Assembly (NCBI GenBank): GCA_965207705.1
Contig: OZ242292.1
Span: 1,637,276 to 1,701,275, forward strand
Reading direction: 5' to 3'
Length of the DNA: 64,000 nucleotides
Source: Gammaproteobacteria bacterium
GTDB taxonomy: Bacteria > Pseudomonadota > Gammaproteobacteria > CBDBNL01 > JAAOII01
Made by a program: the position numbers and the translations under genes
The notes under the pieces: model-generated
Told to the model about the DNA's origin: nothing
The model's database searches: none
The model's input: only the letters and a program-made list of their open reading frames with translations
Part shown: in pieces, positions 39,659 through 48,848 of the stretch
Numbering within the stretch: the first letter of the stretch is position 1
How the letters are laid out: every line of letters begins with the position of its first letter

Positions 39659-40537
39659 ATGGCTGATATATCATTTATAGGGTTAGGGGTTATGGGATTC
39701 CCGATGGCATCCCATCTTGCCAAAGCGGGGCATAGAGTTACAGTTTATAATCGCACTCCTGCCAAAGCTCAAGCATGGTTGGAACAGCATAAAGATTATT
39801 CCGTTGCTATGGCATCTACTCCAGCAGAGGCGGCGCGCGACAAAGATTTTGTCATGTCATGCGTTTCCAAAGACGAGGACTTATTTGAGGTCACCTTAGG
39901 AGCACAAGCAGCTTTCCATACAATGAAAAAGAGAGCAGTTTTTATTGACCACACCACCGCTTCGGCAGATGCGGCGCGCAAATTGGCGAGTGAAGCACAA
40001 AGAAGGGGATTTAATTTTATGGATGCGCCTGTTTCTGGCGGTCAGTCCGGCGCCGAAAATGGAATATTATCCATCATGTGTGGCGCGGAGAAGAGTGTTT
40101 TTGAACGTTGTTTGCCAGTTATGAGCGCTTATGGCAAGAGCATCCAGCTTATAGGGGATATCGGCTGCGGACAGTTAACCAAGATGGCTAATCAGCTATG
40201 TGTTTTGGGTTTAATTCAATCACTGGCAGAGGGTTTAACTTTTGCTAAGGCGGCTGGGCTTGACACAGAAAAGGTATTTGCTGCGGTATCGCAGGGAGCT
40301 TCGTGCTCTTGGCAAATGGAGAACCGTTGGAAAACTATGGCGGAAAACAAATTTGATTTGGGTTTTACCGTAAACCTGATGCGCAAGGATATTGGCATAG
40401 CTCTTGACGAAGCAAAAAAATTAGGTGTTACCTTACCAGTAGCCAAACAGGTGGACGACTTTTACGAGGAGCTACAAAAGATGGGTGACGGAGATTTGGA
40501 TACTTCATCATTAATCAAACTATTGAAAAAGTGTTAG
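39659..40537 (+). CDS. NAD(P)-dependent 3-hydroxyisobutyrate dehydrogenase / 2-hydroxy-3-oxopropionate reductase family oxidoreductase
   Basis: N-terminal Rossmann motif ISFIGLGVMGFPMASHL. It is a member of the 6-phosphogluconate dehydrogenase-like HIBADH family, with catalytic Lys region DAPVSGG. Confidence 0.85.
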   Translation: MADISFIGLGVMGFPMASHLAKAGHRVTVYNRTPAKAQAWLEQHKDYSVAMASTPAEAARDKDFVMSCVSKDEDLFEVTLGAQAAFHTMKKRAVFIDHTTASADAARKLASEAQRRGFNFMDAPVSGGQSGAENGILSIMCGAEKSVFERCLPVMSAYGKSIQLIGDIGCGQLTKMANQLCVLGLIQSLAEGLTFAKAAGLDTEKVFAAVSQGASCSWQMENRWKTMAENKFDLGFTVNLMRKDIGIALDEAKKLGVTLPVAKQVDDFYEELQKMGDGDLDTSSLIKLLKKC

Positions 40538-40581
40538 TGAAAAAATGCTAATAAAGTTTTATACACATTTTTATACACACT

Positions 40582-40659
<78 letters not shown>

Positions 40660-40664
40660 ATTTT

Positions 40665-42026
40665 ATGAGGATATGTTTTGCTGGCATATTCTTCATTCTA
40701 TCCACATCATTTTCTGCGAGCGCTGTTTCTGCTTTGCCTGATATAAGCGCTGGCACGCGCATATCTTCCGAGCAAGAAAAGCAGCTTGGACGCAATTGGC
40801 TTAGAAGCAACTACAGGATATTGAAGGCAGTGAATGATATTGCGCTGCAATCTTATGTTGAAGAATTAGTGCGCAGAATTAAGCAAGGACCAGAACTCTC
40901 CAAGTATGATATGAATATCGTCCTTATGGATAACCCCAATTTTAATGCTTTTGCTGTTCCTGGCGGGGTTATGGGTATTAATCTTGGCGTGCTGCAATTA
41001 GCGGAAAGCGAAGGAGAATTTGCCTCAGTTGTAGCGCATGAGTTGGCGCATCTTAGCCAAGACCATTTTATTAGACGGGTGGAAAGGGCAAGGACTACAA
41101 ACAGCGCCGCGCTTGTTTCAGTATTCACTGGCATTGGCTTGTTGCTGAGTGGAAATATTCCGCTGGCAGCGCTTGCCATTTATGGTGGAGCTAATTATCA
41201 ATTAGAATCATATCTTAGTTTATCGCGTCGTTTTGAACGAGAGGCGGATAGTCAGGCAACGGTATTTTTACGCAATAGTAATTTTGATTTATCCGAGATG
41301 GCAAATATGTTCTCCCGCTTAAACGCCCTTAGCGGTAATCAAGAGATTGCTGGATATGCCAGCACTCACCCCCTTACTATAGACAGAGTTAACTATGCAT
41401 TATTAAGAGCAGGGCAGCAACGTAGTCAAAAGTTCTATACTTCTGGCGATTATAGTTTTGTTCGGCTGCGCGCTCGGGCTATATTAGGAACTCTGCCGAT
41501 TATCTCAGGTTATGGAGCGGATGGCGATTATACCCGAGTTTTACAATTACAAAAACGTAATAAACACCTGCAAGCCAGCAAGATATTGAAAGCGCTGTAT
41601 AAGGATTACCCATTTTCGGTGATTATCTACTGCTCCTATCTTGAATCTATGATTGCATCAGGACAAACCGAAGAGGCAATCGCCAGTATAAATTACAAAT
41701 TACGCTATTCTTCTCGTGAAGGGTTTTTATATTATTTTCTTGCTCTTGCTTATGCCAAGCAGAAAGATTACACCAAGGCAGCGGCACAGATGGAAAAGTT
41801 GGCTTCCGCCACACCAGAGAATCCTGATGTGTGGCTTAAACTTTCTTTTTACTACAATAAATTAGAGGATAAATTTAATATATTTCGTTCCCGTTCTGTC
41901 TATCAACTATTAATTGGGGCTAAAAGAGAAATGCGCGAAAGCATACAGTTAGCCAAAGAAGAGGCAAAAGATGATGAGATTCTATTAGTTCAGTTGGATA
42001 ATCTGCACCAACGATTAATTAATTAG
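40665..42026 (+). CDS. bepA: BepA-like periplasmic M48 metalloprotease with TPR domain
   Basis: A signal peptide, the HEXXH motif (VVAHELAHLSQDH) with downstream Glu, and C-terminal TPR-like helical repeats. The ORF-track start at 40545 runs through the tRNA, so the ATG at 40665 is preferred. Confidence 0.8.
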   Translation: MRICFAGIFFILSTSFSASAVSALPDISAGTRISSEQEKQLGRNWLRSNYRILKAVNDIALQSYVEELVRRIKQGPELSKYDMNIVLMDNPNFNAFAVPGGVMGINLGVLQLAESEGEFASVVAHELAHLSQDHFIRRVERARTTNSAALVSVFTGIGLLLSGNIPLAALAIYGGANYQLESYLSLSRRFEREADSQATVFLRNSNFDLSEMANMFSRLNALSGNQEIAGYASTHPLTIDRVNYALLRAGQQRSQKFYTSGDYSFVRLRARAILGTLPIISGYGADGDYTRVLQLQKRNKHLQASKILKALYKDYPFSVIIYCSYLESMIASGQTEEAIASINYKLRYSSREGFLYYFLALAYAKQKDYTKAAAQMEKLASATPENPDVWLKLSFYYNKLEDKFNIFRSRSVYQLLIGAKREMRESIQLAKEEAKDDEILLVQLDNLHQRLIN

Positions 42027-42047
42027 TGGGGTATTATTATATAATGC

Positions 42048-42076
42048 TTGACTTTATACAACTAATTACTTATAAT
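42048..42076 (+). promoter_or_regulatory. near-consensus sigma70 promoter (TTGACT-N17-TATAAT) upstream of GLUG lipoprotein paralog 2
   Basis: -35 TTGACT at 42048-42053 and perfect -10 TATAAT at 42071-42076. Confidence 0.55.
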
Positions 42077-42084
42077 TAACTACT

Positions 42085-43986
42085 ATGGATGTATATGATA
42101 CTGGTACCTATTTAATAGGTAAGAAATCAGGAGGTATAATTGGAGCTACAACTGGAGGCGATATTGTCAGCAATAATCACCACGGTTTTATATTCAAAAG
42201 AATATCCCCACTGCTACTTTTACTAACCTGCGTTTTGCTTCTAACTGCTTGTGCAAGTGGTAAAAGTGGTGAAAGTAATCCTGTTACAGATATTATGGAA
42301 GATGCTCCAAATTTTGAAGATTCTCCAAATTTTGAAGATGCTCCAAATTTTACTGCCTCTGTTTATAGTTTTGTAGCCATCTCCATTGATTTAGAAGGTA
42401 AAGTATTAGGCAGAGTTGAGGCAACAATTAGTGCGAATAACTCTAACCAAGCCGCTCCCAACTACGCTTATGCTGCGGATAATGGCGCAGCCGATGATAT
42501 TTTTACCCTTAACCCCACCACTGGAGACATTGCATTAAAACGCTCGCTTGTTACTGCGGATACAGGGGATTATGTTTTTGCTGTCATAGCTAAACAAAGG
42601 GGAAATTCTGCTGAAGGACGCGCTAATGTTACTGTAAAGATATTAGATATAGAAGGAGATGAGGATATGGATGGCTTCATGAATGCTTATGATGTAGCGC
42701 CAATGAATAGGACAGTTAATGTCAGCGGTACTGGCATTCCTGGCGACCCTTATATTATTAGCAATATCTATCAGCTGCAGGCAATTGACGGAGTGGATCA
42801 TAAACATAGATATCTTAACAGAACCTCCCTCGCTACTAATGGTCAGTGGTTATATGGCGCTAACCGCACTGCTCAGTTACAAAGTAGTTATCAGCTCAGC
42901 AATGATATAAATGCAAAGGTAACGCGCGACTGGAATGGAGGTGAGGGCTTTAACCCGATTGGTGATTGCGGCGGCACTTCATGTTATGCTACTCCAATAA
43001 ATCCTTTCAGTGGGGTTTTTAACGGTGCTGGTTTTACGGTGGATAATTTATTTATAAATCGCACAGAAGATGGTGAGATGAGAGGCAATATCGGCTTATT
43101 CGCTTTAACTGGTAATGCTAAGATAATGAATTTGGGGCTGGAGAATTTGAACATAACCGTGTCAGTTCTTGCTAGAGAACTTGCTACGGGAATTGGGGGA
43201 TTGATAGGAGGAACGCGAGAGGAATTACAGCAGTTAGCCGCTAATTTAAATCATGTTTATGTGACTGGGAATATACAAGCTATAGACAAGTCACCTAATT
43301 CAAACAATTCCATATATGTAGGCGGGTTAATCGGTGAGGCAATAATTAATATAGATATTAAAAATTCTTATACAATTGTTAATCTTATTGGAGGCAGCCA
43401 CCAAGGAGGTTTATTGGGGGTAAATCTTGCTAATACAAAGGTATTTAAATCATATTCACTTAATAGAATAAGTGGAACTGGGACTGGAGGAGGGTTGTTA
43501 GGAGCTGACAGGCTTAGATTTTCTCCCACTGCCTCTTATACAGTGAGTTATGCAAATACTTCTGATGATGTATTCAGCTTGGTGGGTTTGAAGGTTACAG
43601 GCAGACCAGTAGATAGCAATACCTCTTATTGGCAGAGTGAAATGGAGGGAGGGATGGTTAAAGGGGTAGTAAGAAGCTTAGATGGCACTGCGTCTAAGGG
43701 ATTAAGTGTGGCGCAACTGCAGAATTGTGAATTAGATGGGGTTATGATTGATGGCACATCTGCAGGAGTTTGTGCTGGGCTGTTTGCTGAAGGTACGGAT
43801 GCCGATCCTCTGTGGGGCGATCAAACTGAGGATGGAGTTACCACTGGTTGGGACTTTTTACCTGTTGGTGAATATCCCTATCTGTTTGCCAACGATGACG
43901 AAGGCAGAGACCTATTGCCAACAGTTGCTGAACAAAGATGCCAACGCAATAAAATTTTCTACAACCTCCCCTGCGCCACCGAATAA
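42085..43986 (+). CDS. surface lipoprotein with calcium-binding Asp-rich motifs and GLUG-motif beta-helix repeats (paralog 2 of 3)
   Basis: An internal lipoprotein signal (FKRISPLLLLLTCVLLLTAC) is followed by an EDAPNF x3 repeat. Then comes the conserved DPYIISNIYQLQAI...WNGGEGFNPIG...FSGVFNGAGFTVDNL module and G-G-L-I/L-G repeats. Confidence 0.75.
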   Translation: MDVYDTGTYLIGKKSGGIIGATTGGDIVSNNHHGFIFKRISPLLLLLTCVLLLTACASGKSGESNPVTDIMEDAPNFEDSPNFEDAPNFTASVYSFVAISIDLEGKVLGRVEATISANNSNQAAPNYAYAADNGAADDIFTLNPTTGDIALKRSLVTADTGDYVFAVIAKQRGNSAEGRANVTVKILDIEGDEDMDGFMNAYDVAPMNRTVNVSGTGIPGDPYIISNIYQLQAIDGVDHKHRYLNRTSLATNGQWLYGANRTAQLQSSYQLSNDINAKVTRDWNGGEGFNPIGDCGGTSCYATPINPFSGVFNGAGFTVDNLFINRTEDGEMRGNIGLFALTGNAKIMNLGLENLNITVSVLARELATGIGGLIGGTREELQQLAANLNHVYVTGNIQAIDKSPNSNNSIYVGGLIGEAIINIDIKNSYTIVNLIGGSHQGGLLGVNLANTKVFKSYSLNRISGTGTGGGLLGADRLRFSPTASYTVSYANTSDDVFSLVGLKVTGRPVDSNTSYWQSEMEGGMVKGVVRSLDGTASKGLSVAQLQNCELDGVMIDGTSAGVCAGLFAEGTDADPLWGDQTEDGVTTGWDFLPVGEYPYLFANDDEGRDLLPTVAEQRCQRNKIFYNLPCATE

Positions 43987-43991
43987 ACCAC

Positions 43992-44250
43992 GCATAAATA
44001 CTTGGTATATAGGTCTGCTGTAGGGGCGGAGCCAGGGGGGATGAATATAGGAACCGCCCGCAAAATGCCTAACTCTCGCGATGTACCATCGGGATACTCG
44101 CAACATACCCCTGGTATGATGCATAAATACTTGCATTGTACTTATGTTCGGTGCATAAATACTTGGTATATAGGTCTGTAGGGGCGGAGCTGCGCTCCGC
44201 CCGCAAAATGCCTAAATCTTGCGATGTACCATCGGGATGCTCGCGACACC
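43992..44250. repeat. REP pair: one element with the 15-nt module inserted into the hairpin loop, one canonical element
   Basis: The first copy is GGGGCGGAGCC-AGGGGGGATGAATATAG-GAACCGCCCGCAAAATGCCTAACTCTCGCGATG, whose loop carries the reverse complement of the CTATATTCATCCCCC unit seen at 163-300. The second copy is canonical: GGTCTGTAGGGGCGGAGCTGCGCTCCGCCCGCAAAATGCCTAAATCTTGCGATG. Confidence 0.85.
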
Positions 44251-44254
44251 GAAA

Positions 44255-45280
44255 TTAAAACTGTTCCCTAATATCCGATGTAATCGTATCCACAGAAACC
44301 TCCAACGACCGCTTAAACGGCTCTTGCCTAATCGGACATTTCTTCACTTGACAATGAGGGCACATAATCGGACGGCAAGGGTCAAAATGAAGTATAACCT
44401 CACCATTGCCTTGAGGGATTAAGAGTTTGGTAACATCTTCGTTTATCTGATGCAATTGTTTTGCATCATAATAAGAAGGGACTACTAGGTGCGCATCCAC
44501 ATAAAAAGAATAGCCCGACTTCCAGCTACGCAAATTATGAAAGTTTATCCAATGCGGCTTGGAGTGCTTAGTCAAGGATTCTGTAATACTCTGCAGCTGT
44601 CCTTCATCTGCAGTATTCATTAACTGATTTACCGCATTTTTTGTTACACTCCATCCAGTATAAAATAAAAGCAGTGAAACCAAGATTCCGATAATCGGGT
44701 CTATAATCGCCCAATCGGTAAAGTGAACTATAGTCAAGCCCACCAAGATTCCCACCGAAGTCCAGACATCAGATAACACATGCTTACCATCCGCAACTAA
44801 AGCTAAGGAGTCCAATCGCTTTCCCTGACGAATTAAATAATAGCCCAGCACCCCATTAACCACACTGGCGCCTAAAACTATAATAAGCCCTATTTCCAAG
44901 CGATAAATTGAGGGACCTTCTATGAGCTGTCCAACACTTTCAATAACAATAATGATTGCCGCCATGATAATCATGGCTCCTTCTACGCTGGAAGAAACAC
45001 CCTCCACCTTGCCATGCCCATAAGGATGATTCTTATCTGCGGGGGCATTGGCTATTTTAATTGACCATATAAGTATGATAGCTGCAACTAAATTAACTAT
45101 GGATTCCAAAGCATCGGATAAAACAGCTACTGAACCAGTTATGAGATATGCGGCAAACTTGGCGACTAACAGCAGCAATGCCACTGCCAAAGAAATTAAA
45201 GCGCAATTTAATCTCTGACGAGATTTTTGCTTGGATTGAGAGTTAGGCAACCCCCTGTTGGGAATGTTGTTTGTCTGCAT
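44255..45280 (-). CDS. cation diffusion facilitator (CDF) family divalent-metal efflux transporter with a Cys-rich C-terminal tail
   Basis: 6 TM helices with CDF signature regions and a cytoplasmic C-terminal domain ending in a [15 protein letters not shown] cluster. The start is uncertain, and the gene overlaps the 3' end of lipA by about 40 nt. Confidence 0.8.
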   Translation of the reverse strand: MQTNNIPNRGLPNSQSKQKSRQRLNCALISLAVALLLLVAKFAAYLITGSVAVLSDALESIVNLVAAIILIWSIKIANAPADKNHPYGHGKVEGVSSSVEGAMIIMAAIIIVIESVGQLIEGPSIYRLEIGLIIVLGASVVNGVLGYYLIRQGKRLDSLALVADGKHVLSDVWTSVGILVGLTIVHFTDWAIIDPIIGILVSLLLFYTGWSVTKNAVNQLMNTADEGQLQSITESLTKHSKPHWINFHNLRSWKSGYSFYVDAHLVVPSYYDAKQLHQINEDVTKLLIPQGNGEVILHFDPCRPIMCPHCQVKKCPIRQEPFKRSLEVSVDTITSDIREQF

Positions 45281-46217
45281 GGTAAGAAGAACGAACCAAA
45301 GGACCAGAAGCCACATTCATAAATCCCATTTTATCACCAAGTGCGGCATAGTATTGAAACTCACGCGGATGAACATAACGGGCAACTGGAAGATGAGATA
45401 AACTGGGTTGTAGATATTGTCCTATGGTTACCATGTCCACCTTATGTTGACTCAGGTCAAAAAGCATCTGTTCAACTTCTTCCATTGACTCGCCTAATCC
45501 CACCATTATGCCCGACTTAGTAGGGATGTTAGGACGTCTTTCCTTGAATAAACGCAACAAACGTAAAGACCATGAGTAGTCGGAACCAGGACGAGCTTGA
45601 CGATACAGCCGTTCTACCGTTTCCAGATTATGATTAAATACATCGGGCGGGGTTTCCTCTAAGAGTTTTAATGCAACCTCCATTCTGCCACGAAAATCGG
45701 GGACTAATATCTCTATTTTAATGTTGGGGGATTTGGCGCGAATTGCTGTAATACATTTAGCAAAGTGGTCAGCGCCGCCATCCAACAGGTCATCGCGGTC
45801 CACTGAAGTTACCACCACATACTTGAGATTCATATCGGCAATAACTTTGGCAAGATTTTGCGGCTCTTCCTCATCAAGTGCTAAGGGGCGTCCATGAGCT
45901 ACATCACAAAAAGGACAACGGCGTGTGCATATATCTCCCATAATCATAAAGGTAGCAGTTCCGCCGCTAAAGCACTCGTTCAAATTGGGACAAGATGCTT
46001 CCTCGCATACGGTGTGAAGATTATGACTACGCAGCACCTGTTTAATCTCTTCTACCTTTGGGTTTAAAGAAATCTTAATCCTGATCCAATCTGGCTTGCG
46101 GATAGGGTCAGTGGTTGGTAGTATTTTAATGGGAATACGCGCCATTTTTTCGGCAGCGCGTAGTTTAACCCCGCTGGCTAGCGGTGTTTTGCTGCGTGTA
46201 ATAAGATTTTCAGCCAT
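45243..46217 (-). CDS. lipA: lipoyl synthase
   Basis: Radical-SAM CxxxCxxC (CTRRCPFC), the additional N-terminal Cys cluster ([12 protein letters not shown]) and the C-terminal RSSY motif. Confidence 0.96.
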   Translation of the reverse strand: MAENLITRSKTPLASGVKLRAAEKMARIPIKILPTTDPIRKPDWIRIKISLNPKVEEIKQVLRSHNLHTVCEEASCPNLNECFSGGTATFMIMGDICTRRCPFCDVAHGRPLALDEEEPQNLAKVIADMNLKYVVVTSVDRDDLLDGGADHFAKCITAIRAKSPNIKIEILVPDFRGRMEVALKLLEETPPDVFNHNLETVERLYRQARPGSDYSWSLRLLRLFKERRPNIPTKSGIMVGLGESMEEVEQMLFDLSQHKVDMVTIGQYLQPSLSHLPVARYVHPREFQYYAALGDKMGFMNVASGPLVRSSYHADKQHSQQGVA

Positions 46218-46419
46218 AGGGGGTATTATAACCTATATATTGTTGCGAGCATTCTGATTGTATGAACCGATAAGTACGACATAAACTGGATAGTTTGCTA
46301 CGGAAGTTAGGGGGAGGTTAGCAATGGGTGGGATAATGCCAAACTAATATAAGGCGAGCATTTTGTGGGCGGAAAAGTTGCCCTGCCTCACGGAAACTAT
46401 GTTGTTTGTTTATGTACGC

Positions 46420-46989
46420 CTATCCTGAAACGCTGACTTTCTTATTAATAAACTCCAATTCCTCTACTTCTTTATTTCTTACCTCAATATCCTCAAAACA
46501 GCTAATCGCTTCAGGTTCAGTCGTAAATGGCTTCCATCCAAGCAGCTTTTTTATTCTTTCTTCTAGCCCAGCATCAGGATATTTCTCATTTATCATATAA
46601 GCTGCTGCCAGCTTTTCCAACCTACCAATTTTTTTATCTAAAAACCAGCCAGCAATAAAATTGATTTCATCTTTGAACTTGTAATTATCTTTTTTTGCTT
46701 CAACCCACTTTTCGACATCTTCATAAAAATCATAAGCACATCCATAGCCAACTGGAGGGAAGCCCTTACTCAGTATAAAACTATCATTTAACATACGTAT
46801 CTCATCTCTTAAGTCAAAAGCATAAGGACCGTAAATATCCTGTATAAATTTGTAATCTAAAGGAACACCTAACATTCGCTGTGCAATATAACATCCTTTT
46901 TGTAAATGAATCATCCCTGCCCAACCATTTTTATCTTTTAGTGCGCCGAGCAAAAAACAAATAAAATTAACTCTATCCTTTTCTTCCAT
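46420..46989 (-). CDS. hypothetical protein; N-terminal region resembles a Panacea/DUF4065 (SocA-like antitoxin) domain
   Basis: 189 aa. aa about 25-75 (HLQKGCYIAQRMLGVPLDYKFIQDIYGPYAFDLRDEI) fit the KLQKLLY...G.PL...F..W.YGPV pattern of Panacea domains (recalled from memory, not verified). It is AT-rich and transcribed directly downstream of the HD-domain gene. Confidence 0.35.
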   Translation of the reverse strand: MEEKDRVNFICFLLGALKDKNGWAGMIHLQKGCYIAQRMLGVPLDYKFIQDIYGPYAFDLRDEIRMLNDSFILSKGFPPVGYGCAYDFYEDVEKWVEAKKDNYKFKDEINFIAGWFLDKKIGRLEKLAAAYMINEKYPDAGLEERIKKLLGWKPFTTEPEAISCFEDIEVRNKEVEELEFINKKVSVSG

Positions 46990-47078
46990 AATATACCTCT
47001 TTAATAATAACTTATATATTCTATATTAAATGTTAATAAAATATAGAAATCAATTAAACATTGTAATAACTTTTAGTA

Positions 47079-48512
47079 TTACATCTCATTAAGTAGAATC
47101 TTATCTTTATTATTCTTAATCCACTCCTTAATATCACCGCTCTTATCTGGTTTTGCAAAGATATAACCATAATCAAAATCTGTTGAAATTATATGATTAA
47201 ATATATTAGAGCAATTCTTCGCTTCCTTTATAGTTCCATCTTCTAATTTTACAGGGAAATCTAAGTTCTCATCTTTGTCAGTACTTTTGCCAATATTTTT
47301 AATAATTTCTTCAGAGAATTCCTTTAAAATTTTACTATATATTAGCTCTGTAGGAGTAGATAAATTTAACCTTTGTAGAGAATCATCTTGGATTGTTGTT
47401 TGCGCCAAATGTTCTGTAAATATCTTTTTATCATCAATATTTTGTTTGTATACTAATCTAAATCTATACTTTCTTTCTAGCAATTTATTAGCGTGATTAT
47501 GTAAGCGATGTTCGGAATTATCTTGTATCATAAATAGTTCCCTTAATATGTCAGAGTCCGTACATCGTAAATACCCTTCTGGCTTATCCTCATTAACTTT
47601 AAAATTCTCTTCTTTCATAAGTTCCTTAAGAAAACCCTGTAAATGCTCATCATATATCTTGCGGGTAGGATGCTGGTAAACCTGACTATACATCCAATGA
47701 CGAGACATTAATAAAGATTCCACCAATGGTAAATCTTTTTCATGAATACCTAAAGGAATGCTATCATTATTATCATTTAAAGGTATATCTAGGATACGTA
47801 ATGAGCGCACTAATCTATCTTTATCCACCAATCCATAAGGCACTCCAATATGACATGAATCTCTTAATAAATAGTCCATTCTGTCGGCTCCAAAAAGGTC
47901 GCTTGTTATGATACTACTCAATATTTTTTTCCAAAGCTCTTCTGGATTTTCTTCTGTCGTAAATTTAGCAGTTGCTATTGAGGATATTATTTTAGGATCT
48001 AATGTTCTGCTTCCATCGGGCGCATTAACCGGTATCTGTTCAAAAAACTCAATCATTTTTCCAGTGATTAATTCACGAGTTAGATCTTCATGATTTATTC
48101 CTTCTAATATTTTTTCTCCCGTGTGTGAAAAAGGTAAATGTCCCACATCATGACACAATGCTGCCATGCGTAATGTCTGGCGCCAATATTGCTTGTCGCG
48201 CAATTGCTCTTGAAATACTTCTCGGGATCTCTTGGTTAAATTATCGTCATCCATAACAACATCAAATATATTAGTGGCGAGTTCCATAACGCCCAATGAA
48301 TGTTCAAAACGTTTATGGCTGGCCCCTGGATAGATGAGATAGGTCATAGCAAGCTGATGAATATCTCGTAAGCGTTGAAATTGAGGGGAATCAATAACTA
48401 CTTTTTCTTCGTTAGTATAACTAACAAATTTGTGTATAGGATCACGAACTATGTGATTATTTTTCATTACATTATCTACTTTATTAAATATATACGCGCT
48501 TTTCCTTAACAC
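47079..48512 (-). CDS. SAMHD1/dGTPase-like HD-domain dNTP triphosphohydrolase
   Basis: 477 aa. The N-terminal region DPIHKFV...VIDSPQFQRLRDIHQLAMTYLIYPGASHKRFEHSLGV ... LCHDVGHLPFSH is highly similar to the HD core of human SAMHD1 and bacterial Dgt (the H...HD...D metal ligands are present). The gene is AT-rich and lies between core genes lipA and dprA. Confidence 0.8.
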   Translation of the reverse strand: MLRKSAYIFNKVDNVMKNNHIVRDPIHKFVSYTNEEKVVIDSPQFQRLRDIHQLAMTYLIYPGASHKRFEHSLGVMELATNIFDVVMDDDNLTKRSREVFQEQLRDKQYWRQTLRMAALCHDVGHLPFSHTGEKILEGINHEDLTRELITGKMIEFFEQIPVNAPDGSRTLDPKIISSIATAKFTTEENPEELWKKILSSIITSDLFGADRMDYLLRDSCHIGVPYGLVDKDRLVRSLRILDIPLNDNNDSIPLGIHEKDLPLVESLLMSRHWMYSQVYQHPTRKIYDEHLQGFLKELMKEENFKVNEDKPEGYLRCTDSDILRELFMIQDNSEHRLHNHANKLLERKYRFRLVYKQNIDDKKIFTEHLAQTTIQDDSLQRLNLSTPTELIYSKILKEFSEEIIKNIGKSTDKDENLDFPVKLEDGTIKEAKNCSNIFNHIISTDFDYGYIFAKPDKSGDIKEWIKNNKDKILLNEM

Positions 48513-48605
48513 AGTACTTCTTATTGTTAATATTCTTTATAAGGGCTTTTATTATTAATTCAAGATGTAAATTAGCTTAGTTTTGTTTATGGGGTGAATA
48601 TTTTA

Positions 48606-48848
48606 CGGGCGTAGCAAGAATTTGGACGTCATGCAGGAGTTCATCGCGAGCATGGTTATGATTTATCGCAAGAGTTAGGCATTTTGCGGGCGGAGCGCAG
48701 CTCCGCCCCTACAGACCTATATACCAAGAATTTAAGTATTATACCAAGGGTGTTTTGCAAGAATTCTGATGGTTTGTTGCGAGAGTTAGGCATTTTGCGG
48801 GCGGAGCGCAGCTCCGCCCCTACAGACCTATATACCAAGAATTTTTAA
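48606..48848. repeat. tandem pair of REP elements (reverse orientation) with shared flanking modules
   Basis: GCGAGAGTTAGGCATTTTGCGGGCGGAGCGCAGCTCCGCCCCTACAGACCTATATACCAAGAATTT occurs twice about 120 bp apart, immediately downstream of the dprA stop. Confidence 0.85.
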
